Shown piece after piece: positions 49,140 through 62,455 of a DNA stretch of 64,000 nt. The stretch's first letter is position 1. Each line of letters starts with the position of its first letter. The notes under the pieces are model-generated. The model worked only from the letters and a program-made list of their open reading frames with translations. It did no database searches and was not told the origin of the DNA. The stretch is from Negaprion brevirostris (taxonomy: Eukaryota): contig JARDVH010000099.1 of NCBI GenBank assembly GCA_030324005.1, forward strand, positions 79,674,098 to 79,738,097. Reading direction: 5' to 3'. The translations under genes were made by a program, and so were the position numbers.

Positions 49140-51170
49140 CAGTCATCGCCTCACAACTAACTTAGGGTTGACTAACGAGCTAGAGCTGCAAAGTGCCCAC
49201 AAGCCTTAAAAGCCACCATCGTCAGGAGGCGCTCAGGCTCTCAAGCAGAAAACATCAAGACTGGTCTGACAAGAACATAAGGTGTTCCTGAACTGGCTGC
49301 TCCACCAAAACTCTCGTGAAAGAAAACAAGCCTTCAGCTAGCTAAAAGCCAAGGTGCAATGTCGACCCACGACCTAAAGAACACATAATGGGTGGAAAGA
49401 GCACAGGAGACTCAGCAACTACGACTGGTGTAGCATCTTCCACACAATTAAAACCATGGTCTAAGTACAGGGACTCACCCCACTCAGAGCCAGAAATGCG
49501 GAGATGCTCACGGGCAGGCAACATCCGCTGGAGAACACTTAGAGGANNNNNNNNNNNNNNNNNTGCAGCCTTTGACACAAGTGCCCTCAACACACAACCC
49601 TGCCACAACCTCAGTGCAATCTCAGCATGCCATGAAATTGAAATAGCCATCTGAGAGCTGAAAAACAACAAGGTCTCTGGCACAGATGGAATTACCGCTG
49701 AAGTATTAAAAACACGGCAGAGGCAATCTCGACAAGAATCCACAATCTCATCACCTTCTGCAAGGAAGAGAACATGCCTGCAGATCTCCGACGCCTTAAT
49801 TGTGACCATCTTCAAGAAAGAAAACAGGTTTAATTTCCCCATTCTGCCATAGGAATGGTCATCACAAGAATTCTTCTCAACTGCCTCCTCCCATTGGTTC
49901 AGGACCTCCTCCCAGGGTCTTAGTGTGGCTTTTGCCCATCAAGAGGCACAATGGACATGACCTTCAGTGCACAACAAATCAAAGCAAGTGCAGGGAGCAG
50001 CATCAAACCCTGTACACGGCCTTCTTTGCTGTCTCAAAAACTTTCAATTCTTGTCAACGACATGGGACTGTGGAACATTCTCCTCAAATTCGGCTGCCAG
50101 AGATTCTCTGCTGCTTCGTGATGACATGCAAGTCATGATCTTCACCAACGGAACCACCACAGACCCAATACAACTGCAAACTGAGGTCAATCATGGCTGT
50201 GTCATCACACTGACGCCCCTCTCCATTTTTCTCACAGCAATATCCACTGTATCAATTTGAAGCTCCCATAGGCCTCCAGGCTAGAACCAAGACCACCCCA
50301 ATTTTTGTCACAAGCTACAATATGCATGCACACTCTGGAGGCTGAGCTACAACGCCTGCTACACAAAACTGCCTCCCATCAACCATCAAGATCCAAGGCG
50401 AGCCCTGGACAACGTGGATCATTTCCCATACCACAGGGGCCTCATCGCGGCAAGGCAGATGTAGACAATGAAATCCAACATCAACTTCAATGCACCAGTA
50501 CAGCTTTTGGACAACCGAGGAGCAGACTGTTTGAATTCAGAGACCTCAAATCCAGCATCAAGCTCACGGTCTACAGAGCAGCTGTGATCCCAGTCCTGCT
50601 GCATGCATCAGAAACATGGACAACGTACAGCAGATACCCCAACTCTCTGGAGGTACATCACCAGCGTTGCATCCGCAAAATCCACTGGCAGGAGCAAACT
50701 CTCCTCGGCCAATATCCCCAGTATCAGACATTGTCACGCTCAACCATTGTCTGCATGTCTGACGCAAGACTCCTGAAAAAATTGCTCTATCCCCAAGCTT
50801 CGCACTGGCAAGCGATCACTAGGAGGTCAGAGGAAATGCTACAAGGACACTTTGAAAGCATAACTAAATAAATGCAACATCCTCATCGACACATGGGAAT
50901 CACCTGCCTTCCACTGCACAAACTGGAGAAGCATCCACGAAAGTGCCAATCATCTTGGGTTATCACTGCGTGAAGCACATGGAGGCCAAGTGCAACAGTG
51001 GAAAGTGAGCACAGAATCCAGAGCATGCCATCCACTCACCTCATCAAACATCAGCTGCCAAACCTGTGACAGAGTCTGTGGCTCCAGGATCGGACTATTC
51101 AGCCACCACAGAATGCACCTCTCCAGAGTGGAAGTAAGTCATCCTCGACTCTGAAGGACTGCTAGATGTA
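49140..51170 (+). mobile_element. RTE/BovB-like LINE, decayed ORF2 with C-terminal C2H2-like motif
   Basis: LKNNKVSGTDGITAE, IVTIFKK, HGCVITLTPLSIFL, EIQHQLQCTSTAFG, KLTVYRAAVIPVLLHASETWTTY, SCQTCDRVCGSRIGLFSHHRMH. Confidence 0.88.
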
Positions 51171-51264
51171 GAAGACACCTCAAACCGAATAACAAAACTG
51201 GCACTTACCTGGCAATATGGAAAACTGCCAGGATATGCTCTTTCCACAATAAGGGGAAATAAAC

Positions 51265-52030
51265 ATTAATTGATATAGCATCTTTTAAGGCCACAGGCTT
51301 ACCCAAGTATCTTACAGTCAATTAAATACTTTGAAACAGTCACTGCAACAGCCAATTGCACACAGCAAGCTCCAACAAACAGCAATTTGATAACAATTGG
51401 ATAATCTGTGTTTACAATATTAATTGAGGGTATTGGGATTGGTCATTTGCTCTTCAAAATAGTTCCACAGCATATTTTTTGTTAACTTGAAGCAGAAACC
51501 TTGGATCAATACATTATCTGAAAGATTGCAATGCAGCACTCAGTACAGCCATAATTTTTGTGCTCAAATCCTTTGTTTTACGTTTTAAAGTTTATTTATT
51601 ATGGCACAAGTAAGCTTACATTAATACTGCAATGAATTCACTGTGAAAATCCCCTAGTCGCCACATTCCGGTGCCTGTTCAGGTAACAGATGGAGAATTT
51701 AGAATGGTCAATGCACCTAACCAGCACATCACTGACTGTGGGAGGAAATCCACACAGATGGGGAGAACATGCAGAGTCCACAGACAGTGACCCAGAGCAG
51801 GAATCGAACTTGGGTCTCTGGTGCTGTGAGGCAGTAGTGTTAACCACTGTANNNNNNNNNNNNNNNNNNNNNNNNNNNNNNNNNNNNNNNNNNNNNNNNN
51901 NNNNNNNNNNNNNNNNNNNNNNNNNNNNNNNNNNNNNNNNNNNNNNNNNNNCTGTATTAAGTCCTGGTGTGAGACTTGAACTCACAACAATGTGACTCGG
52001 CTGAGTCCTACCAACTGAATCTTGGCTGAC
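51265..52030 (-). mobile_element. Deu-domain SINE interrupted by a V-SINE (51583-51851)
   Basis: GCCAATTGCACACAGCAAGCTCC...GGATAATCTG core; head resumes after the gap as GTCCTGGTGTGAGACTTGAACTCACAAC. Confidence 0.7.
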
Positions 52031-52354
52031 ACCAGGAGATTTGTACAGTAGTTTCAAGATAACATCCTGGGCTCCACTGCATAATTGGGGTTCTTCACTC
52101 ATGACTGCAGTGTATTAATTTTCTATTTCCATGACTCTATTCTCATTCCTGCATACAAGGTTGAACTGATCAATTCATGCTGTGCAAGTGCTGGACAAGA
52201 ATTATCCACAAGTGAACCCATCTAATTCCTCTGGATACTTAACTGTATCACCATTCTAAATGTTCTCCATCAACACTCCGGTAGTCACCATTAACCAGAA
52301 ACTCAACTGGATCAGTTGCGTGAATGACATGGTTATAAGAGCAGGTTAGACGCA

Positions 52355-53100
52355 GGGCAGAAGTAACAGCAAAATAGATTATTTAAATGGTAAAAATTGC
52401 TGCATGCTGTTGTGCAGAGACACCTGGATGTCCTTGTGCAAGAATCGCAAAATGTTGATTTGCAGGTGTAGCAGGTAATTAAGAAGGCAAATGGACTTTT
52501 GTCTTTCATTGATAGAGGGATGGCGTTTANNNNNNNNNNGGCCACACCTGGAGCACTATGTACAGTTTAGTCTCCTTACTTGCGAAAGGATATACTGGCA
52601 CTGGAGAGGGCGCAGAGGGGATTCAGTGGGTTGATTCCAGAGTCAAGGGGGTTGCCTAACGAGAAGAGACTGAGTAGACTGAGACTATATTCATTGGAGT
52701 TTAGAAGAATGTGTGGGGATCTTATAGAAACAATTAAAATTTTGAAGGGCACAGATAAAATAAAGGTAGGAAGATTGTTTTCTTTGGTGGGTGGAACTAG
52801 AACTAGGGACCATGGCCTCAAAATAAGAGGAAGCAGATTTAAATCTGAGTTGAGGAGGAACTTCTTCAAACAGTTGTGAATCTGAGGAATTCCCTGTCTA
52901 GTGAAGCAGTTGAGGTTATCGTGTTGAATGTTTTTAAGGCGAGGATAGATAAATTTTTGAACAGTAAAGGAATTAAGAGTTATGGTGAGCAGGCAGTAAG
53001 TAGGTGGAGCCGAGTACACAAAAAGATTAACCATGATCTTATTGAATGGCAGAGCAGGCTTGAGGGGCCAGACGGCCTACTCCTACTTCTTATGTTCTTA
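52355..53100 (+). mobile_element. Young CR1/HER1 LINE 3' 750 bp inserted into an older CR1-like copy (52200-52350 and 53103-53465)
   Basis: ORF 52580..52879 RKDILALERAQRGFSGLIPE...RTRDHGLKIRGSRFKSELRRNFF; canonical tail. Confidence 0.9.
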
Positions 53101-53477
53101 TTCTCCCACAAATGAAACCTTTTCACAATTTGCAAGCACTGGAAAATACTCCACTTTCCTGGACAAGCACAGTTACAACATTCAAAGATCAATACTGCAC
53201 AGGATAAAGCAGTCCATTTAATTGGCACAAAAAAATCCCCTCCTTCCAGTATCTGATTATAGCCAGTGTATTCGATCTACAAGATGTAATGCCATAACTT
53301 GCAGCACCCAAAACCATATCTCAACCACTAACTTAGAAGAACGACATCAGCAGTTTTTTGGTAATGCCATCATTTCCAAAATCCCCTGCAAATCTTACAA
53401 TTAACAGACCAGGACATTTTGCCGTTACTTCAAAGTAATGGAGTCATAGTATGGAATTTCTTCCCTGAAATATTTGC

Positions 53478-55160
53478 CTTTAATTTATCACATGTATTGG
53501 TTATAATGAAAAGTATTGTTTCTTGTACACTATACAGACAAAGCATACCATTCATAGCGTACACAGGGGAGAAGGAAAAGAGGATGCAGAATATAATGTT
53601 ACAATCATAGCTAGGGTGTAGAGAAAGATCAACTTAATGTGAGGCAAGTCCATTCAAAAGTCTGATGGCAGCACGGGACAAGCTGTTCTTGAGTCAGTTG
53701 GTAGGTGATCTCAGACTTCTGTTATTGCTTTCCTGACGGAATGAAGTGGAAGAATGTATGCTCTGGGTGTGGGGTCCTTGATTATGCTGGTTGATTTACC
53801 GAGGCAGCAGGAAGTGTAGATGGAGACAATGGATAGGGGGCTGTTTGCATGATGGGCTAGGCTAAGTTCACAACCCTTTGCAGCTTCTTGATCAGAGCAG
53901 GAGCCATTTCATCTGGAAAGGATGTTTTTTGTGGTGCATCTGTAAAAATTGGGGAAAGTTGTAGTTGCTGAATTTTTAGCCTCCTGAGAAAGTACAGGCA
54001 TTGGTGGGCTCTAATCACTATAGCATCAGTGTGGAGGTACCAGGACAAGTTGTTGATCTGGACACCTAGAAACTTGAAGCTCTCAACCATTTCCACTTCA
54101 GCCCCATTGAGGGAGAGATCTCTCTTGTCCTCTGTCGCGTCATTGTTTGAGATCCAACCCCCTACGGTGGTGATGTCAGCAAATTTGAAAATGGAATCAG
54201 AGTGGAATTGGGTCACACAGCCACTAAGTGCATCAGCAGTATATTTGATTTGTCACATGTATCAGTATACAGTAAAAAGTATTGTTTCTTGTGCTCTACA
54301 CGGACAAAGCATACCATACATAGGGAAAGAAAGGAGTACAAAATGTAGTGTTAGTCAGAGCTAGGGTGTCGAAAAATATCAATTTAATACAAGGTAGGTC
54401 CATTCAAAAGTCTGATGGCAACTAAAGGGCTGAGGGCACAATTTTGTGGGACATTGGTGGTAAGGATAATTGTGGAGGTGGTGTTGTTGCCTATCCTTGC
54501 TGATTGTGGTCTGTGGGTTAGGAAGTCTATGACCCAATTGCAGAGGGAGGAGCCAAGTCCTAGGCCATGGAGTTTGGAGATGAGTTTTGAAAGAATAATG
54601 GTGTTGAAGGCTAAGCTGTTGTCAATAAACAGATGTCTGACGCAAATGTCTTTGTTATCCAGGTGTTCCAGGTTTGCATTTACAGCCAGGAATTGGTCTT
54701 CTGTGGACGTCTCACAGCACTAGTTGAACAGTAGTGAATTCAGGCAATCTGGAGACTAGAGTTGATCCATGCCATGACTGACCTTTTGAAGCACTTCATA
54801 ATGATGGATGTCAGGGTCACTGGGTGATAGTCATTAAAGCACACTGCTTGGCTTTTCTTTGCTACAGGGATGATGGTCACCTTCTTGAAGCAAGTAAGGA
54901 GAGTTTAAAGATGTCTGCAAACATTACCTTAATGCAGGATCTGAATGCTCATCCGGGTACCCCATCTAGGCCAGTTGATTTCTGTGGGTCAACGTTCAAG
55001 GCGGCTGATCTGGCGTCTGTGATGATGACCTTGAATACCAAATCAGCTAAGGCTTCCAGGGTAGAAGACTTCCTCTTGCTGACCTCTTGCTCAAAACAGG
55101 CATCGAATGCATTTAGCTCATCAGGGAGGGGTCCATTGCTGCTGGTGATACTACACATGC
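53478..55160 (-). mobile_element. Rex1/Babar-clade LINE, decayed
   Basis: LPDELNAFDACFE, VDPQKSTGLDGVPG, SIFKFADITTVGG, VEMVESFKFLGVQI, AHQCLYFLRRL. Confidence 0.88.
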
Positions 55161-57310
55161 CTGTGGGACCAACTACACAACATGCAGCAGATCAAAGTGT
55201 TCCACTATTACTTGGAATGGGTAATGTCAGCCTTTCCAGTGATTAATGAAACAAACTTGATATTAAATTTGCATCACCCTAGAAACACAATAATACTGAA
55301 AATCATGCCAGTCTCTTTTCCTGTCCTCAGTGTAGTGCAAATAATATTTTAAAGTTTGCATGCTGGATTAAGAGTCACCATTATAAATTACATGTACCGG
55401 GATATCGTCTCACCAAATTCTGATGATCCTTTCTACATTCAAAGTGGGTCAATATTTTGAGATCTTTCCACTCCAATCCAATTTAGCAATCCAGCTGCTC
55501 TTTAAAGCAAAACATAAATACTGCATTTCAAACACAGTACTGAATACACTGCTGATCTGAAATACCTCAAGCACTGTTAGTTGTCTGACAAGTTATTTGC
55601 ATTTGCTCCAGTTTAAGGTCAGAATTTTCTATTTGCATTAGTAAAGTTTCTGTACCAAGCCTCATTCAGACTCCCCAGTTCATTTTCCCTACATGTAATA
55701 TACAATTCACTTCATTCAGTCACTCCACCTCCCACCATCATGTCTAAAATCCCATTTCTGAGCAGAAAGATTCACCTTAGACTGCTCAATCTGCAGAGCA
55801 AAACAATAGTATTCCTATTTCAAGCAAAGCTGGAATTTCTTGACAGGCTATTGCAAGAACCTGAAGTAGAACGGTTCTTAACTAGAGGGATGGTGCAGTA
55901 GCCAACCTTGGAAAGAAGGTACATATAACAAGAAATTGTGGGTGTCTACAGTTAATACAAATGTAGATGCGTGAATTACATCAGTGGAAAGGAATCAACA
56001 TTGAATTTCTCATTAGCGATTAAGTACAGATCTCCTTTAATGTGTGGCCTAATTTGTATACACACTGCCCAATGTGGAAATGTGCCATCGATGATGGAAC
56101 TTGAGCAGACAATATATTTTCCAAATCAATTAATTATTCCTCCCACCTCACTTTGTAAGCAAAGCTTAATGGGAAGAAAGATGGAGATGGGGGGGGGATC
56201 TACTCTATTTGAATCAACTCTAACCAGTTGTAAAATCTATGCCAGGTCATCTGAGTTTTACCATATATCCAGAGTGACATTTTCAACCAAACACATAGCT
56301 CTTTAATTGAAAGCAAGGCACAGTATACTATAGCTTCTGCCATTTTTATCTTAAATGATGTGCAGAGCAGTGCGAACACATGGAACAATGGCAAAATTCC
56401 CAGCACTGGCTAATCAGCTCAACAGCTGAAATGGAAAATTTCACTGGTTCTGCAACACTTTGGTTGTCAAAGCTACAATATTCCTTTGAATGCACGGCAA
56501 ATGAAATTCAGATGCATAAAATGTGAAATGGCTAACATTCCAAGCAGTTTAGAGCAGCAATAGACAAGATATTAGGATAGTTACAGTAAGTCATGCCACT
56601 TGAGTGTTGGCTTAATACAACCATTAATCACTTCAATTCCTGCTGTTAACACAATCTTAGCAAAGTTAATTCAGTCCTGGATCAATATCCTCAAGAAAGA
56701 TTATCCATTAATATCACCAGTTTGGTTTGGTCATCTGAACTGAATTTGAAAGTGGAATTTATATTTCTATTAACCACAGAGCCACTGACCATAACTTGAA
56801 ACATTCTCTTGTTGGGTTTCAAAAGTTAAAAACAGAATTTTTTTCTCACCAGTATAAATTCAAATTGTGTTTATAACAATCAAACTGTACAATCTCCATC
56901 TCAGCTCAAATTTTTAGAGTGCTTATTAGTGTCTTTGTATGAAAGAATGTTTACAGCACAGGAGGCGGTCAGCCTATCATGTCTGTTGCTCTCTGCAGGA
57001 GCAATTCAGCTAATGTCACTCCCCATCTTTCCCCCATAGTGTCATCATTTTTTCCTCTTCAGACTCAATTCTCTTTTGAAAGTTACAATTGTATCTGCCT
57101 CCATCACACTCAGCACACTTACATGCACTTTATTTTAAAATACACTGATCTTGTATATTACCCATTACTACTCTGGTACATGTCCATGGCCTTGGAAGAG
57201 CTGCATCTTATGCCCATATATAGCTGTGATCATTTTTCCTCTGTTCTACCATTGTCCCCAAAACCCAACAGCTGGCAATTCAGGATAACTGCACAATAGA
57301 TCATTAAAAA

Positions 57311-57603
57311 GGGCTGCACTGTGGCAGTGATTAGCAGTGCTGCCTCAGTGCCAGGGACCCAGGTTCGATTCTCAGTGTGGGTCACTGTCTGGGCAGATTC
57401 TGCACATTCTTCCCATGTCTGCGTGGGTTTCCTCTGGGTGCTCTGGTTTCCTCCCACAATCCGAAAGATTTGCTAAACTGACTATGCTAAACTCTCCCTC
57501 AATGCTGAAAAGGTGCCAGAGTATGGCGACTCGGGGATTTTCACAGTAACTTCATTACAATGTTAATCTAAGCCTACTTGTGACGTAAATAAATAAACTT
57601 AAA
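57311..57603 (+). mobile_element. V-SINE with the alternative tail
   Basis: GCAGTGCTGCCTCAGTGCCAGGGACCCAGGTTCGATTC head; tail GGGGATTTTCACAGTAACTTCATT...GCCTACTTGTGAC..AATAAATAAAC. Confidence 0.88.
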
Positions 57604-57747
57604 CTGATCCTTCAAGTCTGCTCTACAATTGCTCTGCAATGAGTTTNNNNNNNNNNNNNNNNNNNNNNNNNNNNNNNNNNNNNNNNNNNNNNNNNNNNNN
57701 NNNNNNNNNNNNNNNNNNNNNNNNNNNNNNNNNNNNNNNNNNNNNNT

Positions 57748-57945
57748 GAAGTGGTGGAGGCTACCTCGTTGAATGTTTAAATCACGGGTAGATAGGTTTC
57801 TGATAGACAAGGGAATTAAGGGTTATGGAGAGAAAACGGGAAAGTGGAACTGATCCATTTCAGATCAGCCACGATCTTGCTGAATGGTGGGGCAGGCTTG
57901 AAGGGCTAGATGGCCTACTCCTGCTCCTATTTCTTATGTTCTTAT
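57748..57945 (+). mobile_element. Young CR1/HER1 3' end; an older minus-strand CR1 tail follows at about 57950-58250
   Basis: Canonical tail GGGCTAGATGGCCTACTCCTGCTCCTATTTCTTATGTTCTTA. Confidence 0.88.
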
Positions 57946-60900
57946 TAATTCAGTAAGATCTCGGTTGATCATCTAACTCAATTGCATTTTCCTGTCCTAC
58001 CCTCCATCACTTAATCCCCTATTGTCCAAAAACCTAATCAATCTTTTTCTTGAATATATACTCAAAGTCCTCTGGATAAAGAATTCCAAAGATTCACAAT
58101 GCTCTGAGTGAGAATATTTTTCCCAATCCCAAACTGTCAATCACTTATTCTGAGTCTGTGACCCCTAGTTCTAGCGTTCCCAGTGTCTATCCAACCTGTA
58201 AATCCCTCAAGAATTTAGTATTTTTCATTAGATCAACTCTCATCTTTTGAAATTGTAAAATTGTTTAAGGATGGAACTTCCCACTTAAAATGCATCCGAT
58301 TATTACTAGTTTATTCAATGCAAAAAGCATCCATCTGCTTCAAAACATTTTGCAATTAATATATGCAATAGTATTACAGTAGCATTAAAAAGAAAATCAA
58401 TGCTCAAAACTTTCTAAAACCATCTTCCCTTTTCTCTCTCACCCTGGAACAGAAATTACAAGTTTTTGTGCCTATTAAATACCTGAACCGGATGACTCAA
58501 CATTTGATTCTTAGTCTATGTAAAATTCTGACCTCAGTGTAATGGCAAGATATACATGCCACAAATCAGTCTCAGTGCCCTTGAGATAGGCAAGAGTTAA
58601 CAGATTCTTGTTAGCAACTTCAAATATCAGTTCCCAACAGATTTTCCCTTCTATTGCGTTCATTCCATTTGAGCTTTTTAAAATTGATTTCCAGTGGTTT
58701 GTAATAGCTCACTGATGCCCTCTGCACAAGAAACCCGTTGCCCTCGAACTCGGGTCAATTGATGTCGTGCACAACTCAAACTCTCAAATTATTGTACTGT
58801 ATCGTTACCACAAAACCATACCAAACATCAAACTTTGTTAATCACAATGTATTTAACCTCTATCTTTACTCTGGTGGACACAAATTGACATACTTTGTTA
58901 CACAAAGTGTTCAAAAGGTATCAAAGCTTCACAACATACCCAAAACCACGACATGGCCAGATCAGATTTCCTCCTGATAGGCTTTACCCCAATGTCTCCG
59001 AGTCCCAGACTCAGTCCTGTTGCTTCTCGTCCAGTGATTGATCCTGGGTTGTTGCTCTTGATGCTCTTTTGTCTCTTCTACAGAGATCCTGCTTGCAGTC
59101 ACATACTCATAGGACTGTCCTTTTGGTCACAAATACTTAAGAGTTGTGCCTCTGCCAGAGGTTGTAATTGTCTCAGGAACGCGACATACAGGGGCGAGTG
59201 TTCAACCACTGTCTATTCAAGGCACAGCAACCTCCACTGACCCAATCAACACTCGTGGTTCTTCCATAACTGCACATCCTGTTCTTTGCTGCTCCCAAAG
59301 TTTGACAGAGCTAGCCCTTTTAACTATCAGATTTTGCTGGTGTTTTTATGAATACCATCAGGCTAAACAAACCAAACACTCCTTCCTTTCCACCATAACA
59401 CAACTTTAAAAAAAATAAGATGTTTAAGTTGCTTCTTTNNNNNNNNNNAGATTTGCCAAACAATATTCTACCTTCATTTTCCTGACCTGCCCACTTCTGC
59501 GCCTTGATGAGTTGAAATGGGTCCCTGCTACCCATCCAATAATTTTAAATTAAGGATCTCCATCTGAAGCATGCATTGCTGTCAATTATTGTTTGTGTCA
59601 GTTTTTCAACGATCTCCATGTTTTCTTTGCTTCAATTTATGTCTAAGTCACAAGGCTTGGGCCACATTTGTTTGCTTGCCTAGGTAGGCAAAATAAAATT
59701 TAGAAACAGAGGAATTGTACTCCTTAAACTTCAACAGTTAGTGCTCTCCACTTCTGATGTTGGTTTCCAGTTGTCAGTTATCTCGAAGTCTTGTATCCTC
59801 TATTATCAGTTTACTTGCAAAGGAAATACCAAACACATGACATGCACAGCTCCTAGCAATTATAATCACTGTCGAAAGAATCCTCCCTCCTGAAGTCATG
59901 TGTAGAGATCCCTTTGTAGCATTACTTCATTCTAACCTAGTGACCCATTTACCACAACCACTCCCTAGAAACCCACTCAGCAATGAATTAATCTGGTGAA
60001 AGAGCTCNNNNNNNNNNNNNNNNNNNNNNNNNNNNNNNNNNNNNNNNNNNNNNNNNNNNNNNNNNNNNNNNNNNNNNNNNNNNNNNNTTTGAAAAGATTG
60101 CATCTTTTACAAGTTTTCAAATCCAAGAAATTTTAGTAAGCTGTTTTACACAAGGGCTTTCCACTGAATGCATAAACAGCTCTAAAACACAAAGAGGTTG
60201 TTGTAATTGTTTCCCCCCACACCCCCGACAGTTCAGACAAAAATATTCCAGCTCTGCCATGTATTATTTTTTAATTTATACAGCAAGAACCACAGTCAAG
60301 CTCAATTTCTAACTTGCAGCAAAATACTTTAACCATACTCTTCCCTAAGCTATGCTTTTTAAATTTATTATACACTATGAGATTACTCAACCATGTCTGG
60401 GGGAAACGGGCATGGCTGTGCAAGTCTGGGGTGAGTAGGGAGGTATGATATCAAGCTTGTTCCTAACCATAGCACAGTGTGGAGGTCATGCAGAGGCTGT
60501 GACACTTCTGTGACTGAATCACCTACAGTCACTCTGTCTAGGTTATCACTGGAAGAATAGGTTGGACAAGTTAAAGAAGGGCATTGTCCTCTGTAAAACT
60601 CCAGCACAAGTCAAAATTTAAATCATGATTTTTGTCTATTTTTAAAAAGGACACTGATACATCGTCAAAGCTGAATATAACATTTAGTGTACATATTTGC
60701 CATCCATATCACCTTTCAGAATGAAAATATTCATTTTCTGCCCGTTGTGGCCACTTTATGTGGTGCAGCTGTCCTCATTATGAATTTAACATTAGGCTGT
60801 TCAAATTAATTTTATGAAGGAGTTTTACAGTTGGTCAAAAAGACTTTCATCTCATTAATCTAAGATGGGCGCAAAATGAGGCCCCAATCGGGTGGGAACA

Positions 60901-62455
60901 GTACAGAGAATCCTGCTGCATTCAATCCCTGCATATCACTTCTGGATTAAATTAAGTTAATGGAGAAGTTACATATTATGTACCAAGAATAAAATCCTTA
61001 AGCAATGTGAAATCCACTGGAAATTATCAGCATAGAAACTGGTATGATCAAACTAAACTCTCAAGGACAATTAGGGATAGGCAATAAAGATGCTGGGCTA
61101 GCCAGCAATGCCCACATCCCATGAAAGAATGAAAGATCAAGGATGCAGATGTCAACCTTGCCCGATTATAACTGTGATGAGACAATTATAAACTTTGCAT
61201 CAGTTCTGCATCATTCTGGACTGAAATGAACAAATTTTAAATAGAAATATTAACTGCTTTTAAAATAATGGAGAAAACATTCTGCCAAACAATTTCATGA
61301 ACCTGGTGCAGCAATATTACATGAAAAGAATGAAGTAGATGCAGGTCTGTGGTGAGCAGTTATACTCTTGTCTATCAGATATTGGGCTTCAGTCACATGC
61401 AGCATAAGCTGAGTGTGCTAGCCATGTAGAAAATAAATTGGATTTAATGCAGGAAAATTGAAGAAACAATTCCACAAAACAGAGATCAGGGCATTTTTGA
61501 ACTCGGCAAAGCTAAATAAAGGACACATTCAAGCAAGTGAATTACAAGTGCTTTATAATCACAGTCAACCAAATTCCAAAAGGGAATGCAAAACCTTGGC
61601 CTGCAATGCACGGGATTTCATTTTCAAACTATTCCTCACATTCCCAAGAGAGAAATAGTCCATATAGCATGGTATTGAATACCTCCTATGTTTATAAATG
61701 GAAGTTGCTCTTTTCTACTGCCTAGAATACTACAGGCATTTTTAAATTAAGATACTTCTTACATAACAAGTTTCTACATAAACAAGAGAAAGAGGTAGAT
61801 ACAGTTTAAATAAACTTAATGAAGCATTACTTCAAGTTGACATTTGCTTAAAAACATCAATTTATCAACACACTTGGTTCACCAAATCTCAAACTACAAT
61901 GACATTCTTAAACACTGACTGCTTAAATATTTTCACAGATTAAACAGCAGGAAGTGGTTACTTCTGGTACATGACTACTTGATTAAAAAAAGACAACCCA
62001 CACTGTGTCAAAAGTACTTGCAAAGAAAACTGAGCATCTAGAAGATGCTTAGATAAACATTAAGTATACAGTGTAAAACTTACAAACAAACCAGATGGTT
62101 ACAGAGAATGCAGAATCTTAAACCATGTAGGGCAATTGAATTTATCTGAAGATCAATAATAAAGTGAATCTCCTGAAACTAAATGATATGTTTGGATGTT
62201 CATCTTATTCATTTTACAACTCAAATATATAAACTTTAAGCTTAAAATGTCAATATTGGTGAAACGCTTCCTTGCACTAAAGTCCAACCCCTATTGGTGT
62301 TCATCTTTCTCTCCCAAATAAAAGAGCAGACTGCACCAGCATCCAACCTGATGTATTTGATTAAAAAAAAAACAAAGATTGAAATTGTCAGTTAAAGTTC
62401 AGCCAAAGGATTGCATTGCAACAAATCTGGAAATGGTGAATTAGGGTATTCGGTA

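Noticed and set aside
51200-51260. Perfect CAG|GTAAGT donor on the minus strand
   Set aside because: It lies in a CR1-like fragment (TACCTGGCAATATGGAAAACTGCC) and has no convincing acceptor or NRBP1-like peptide.
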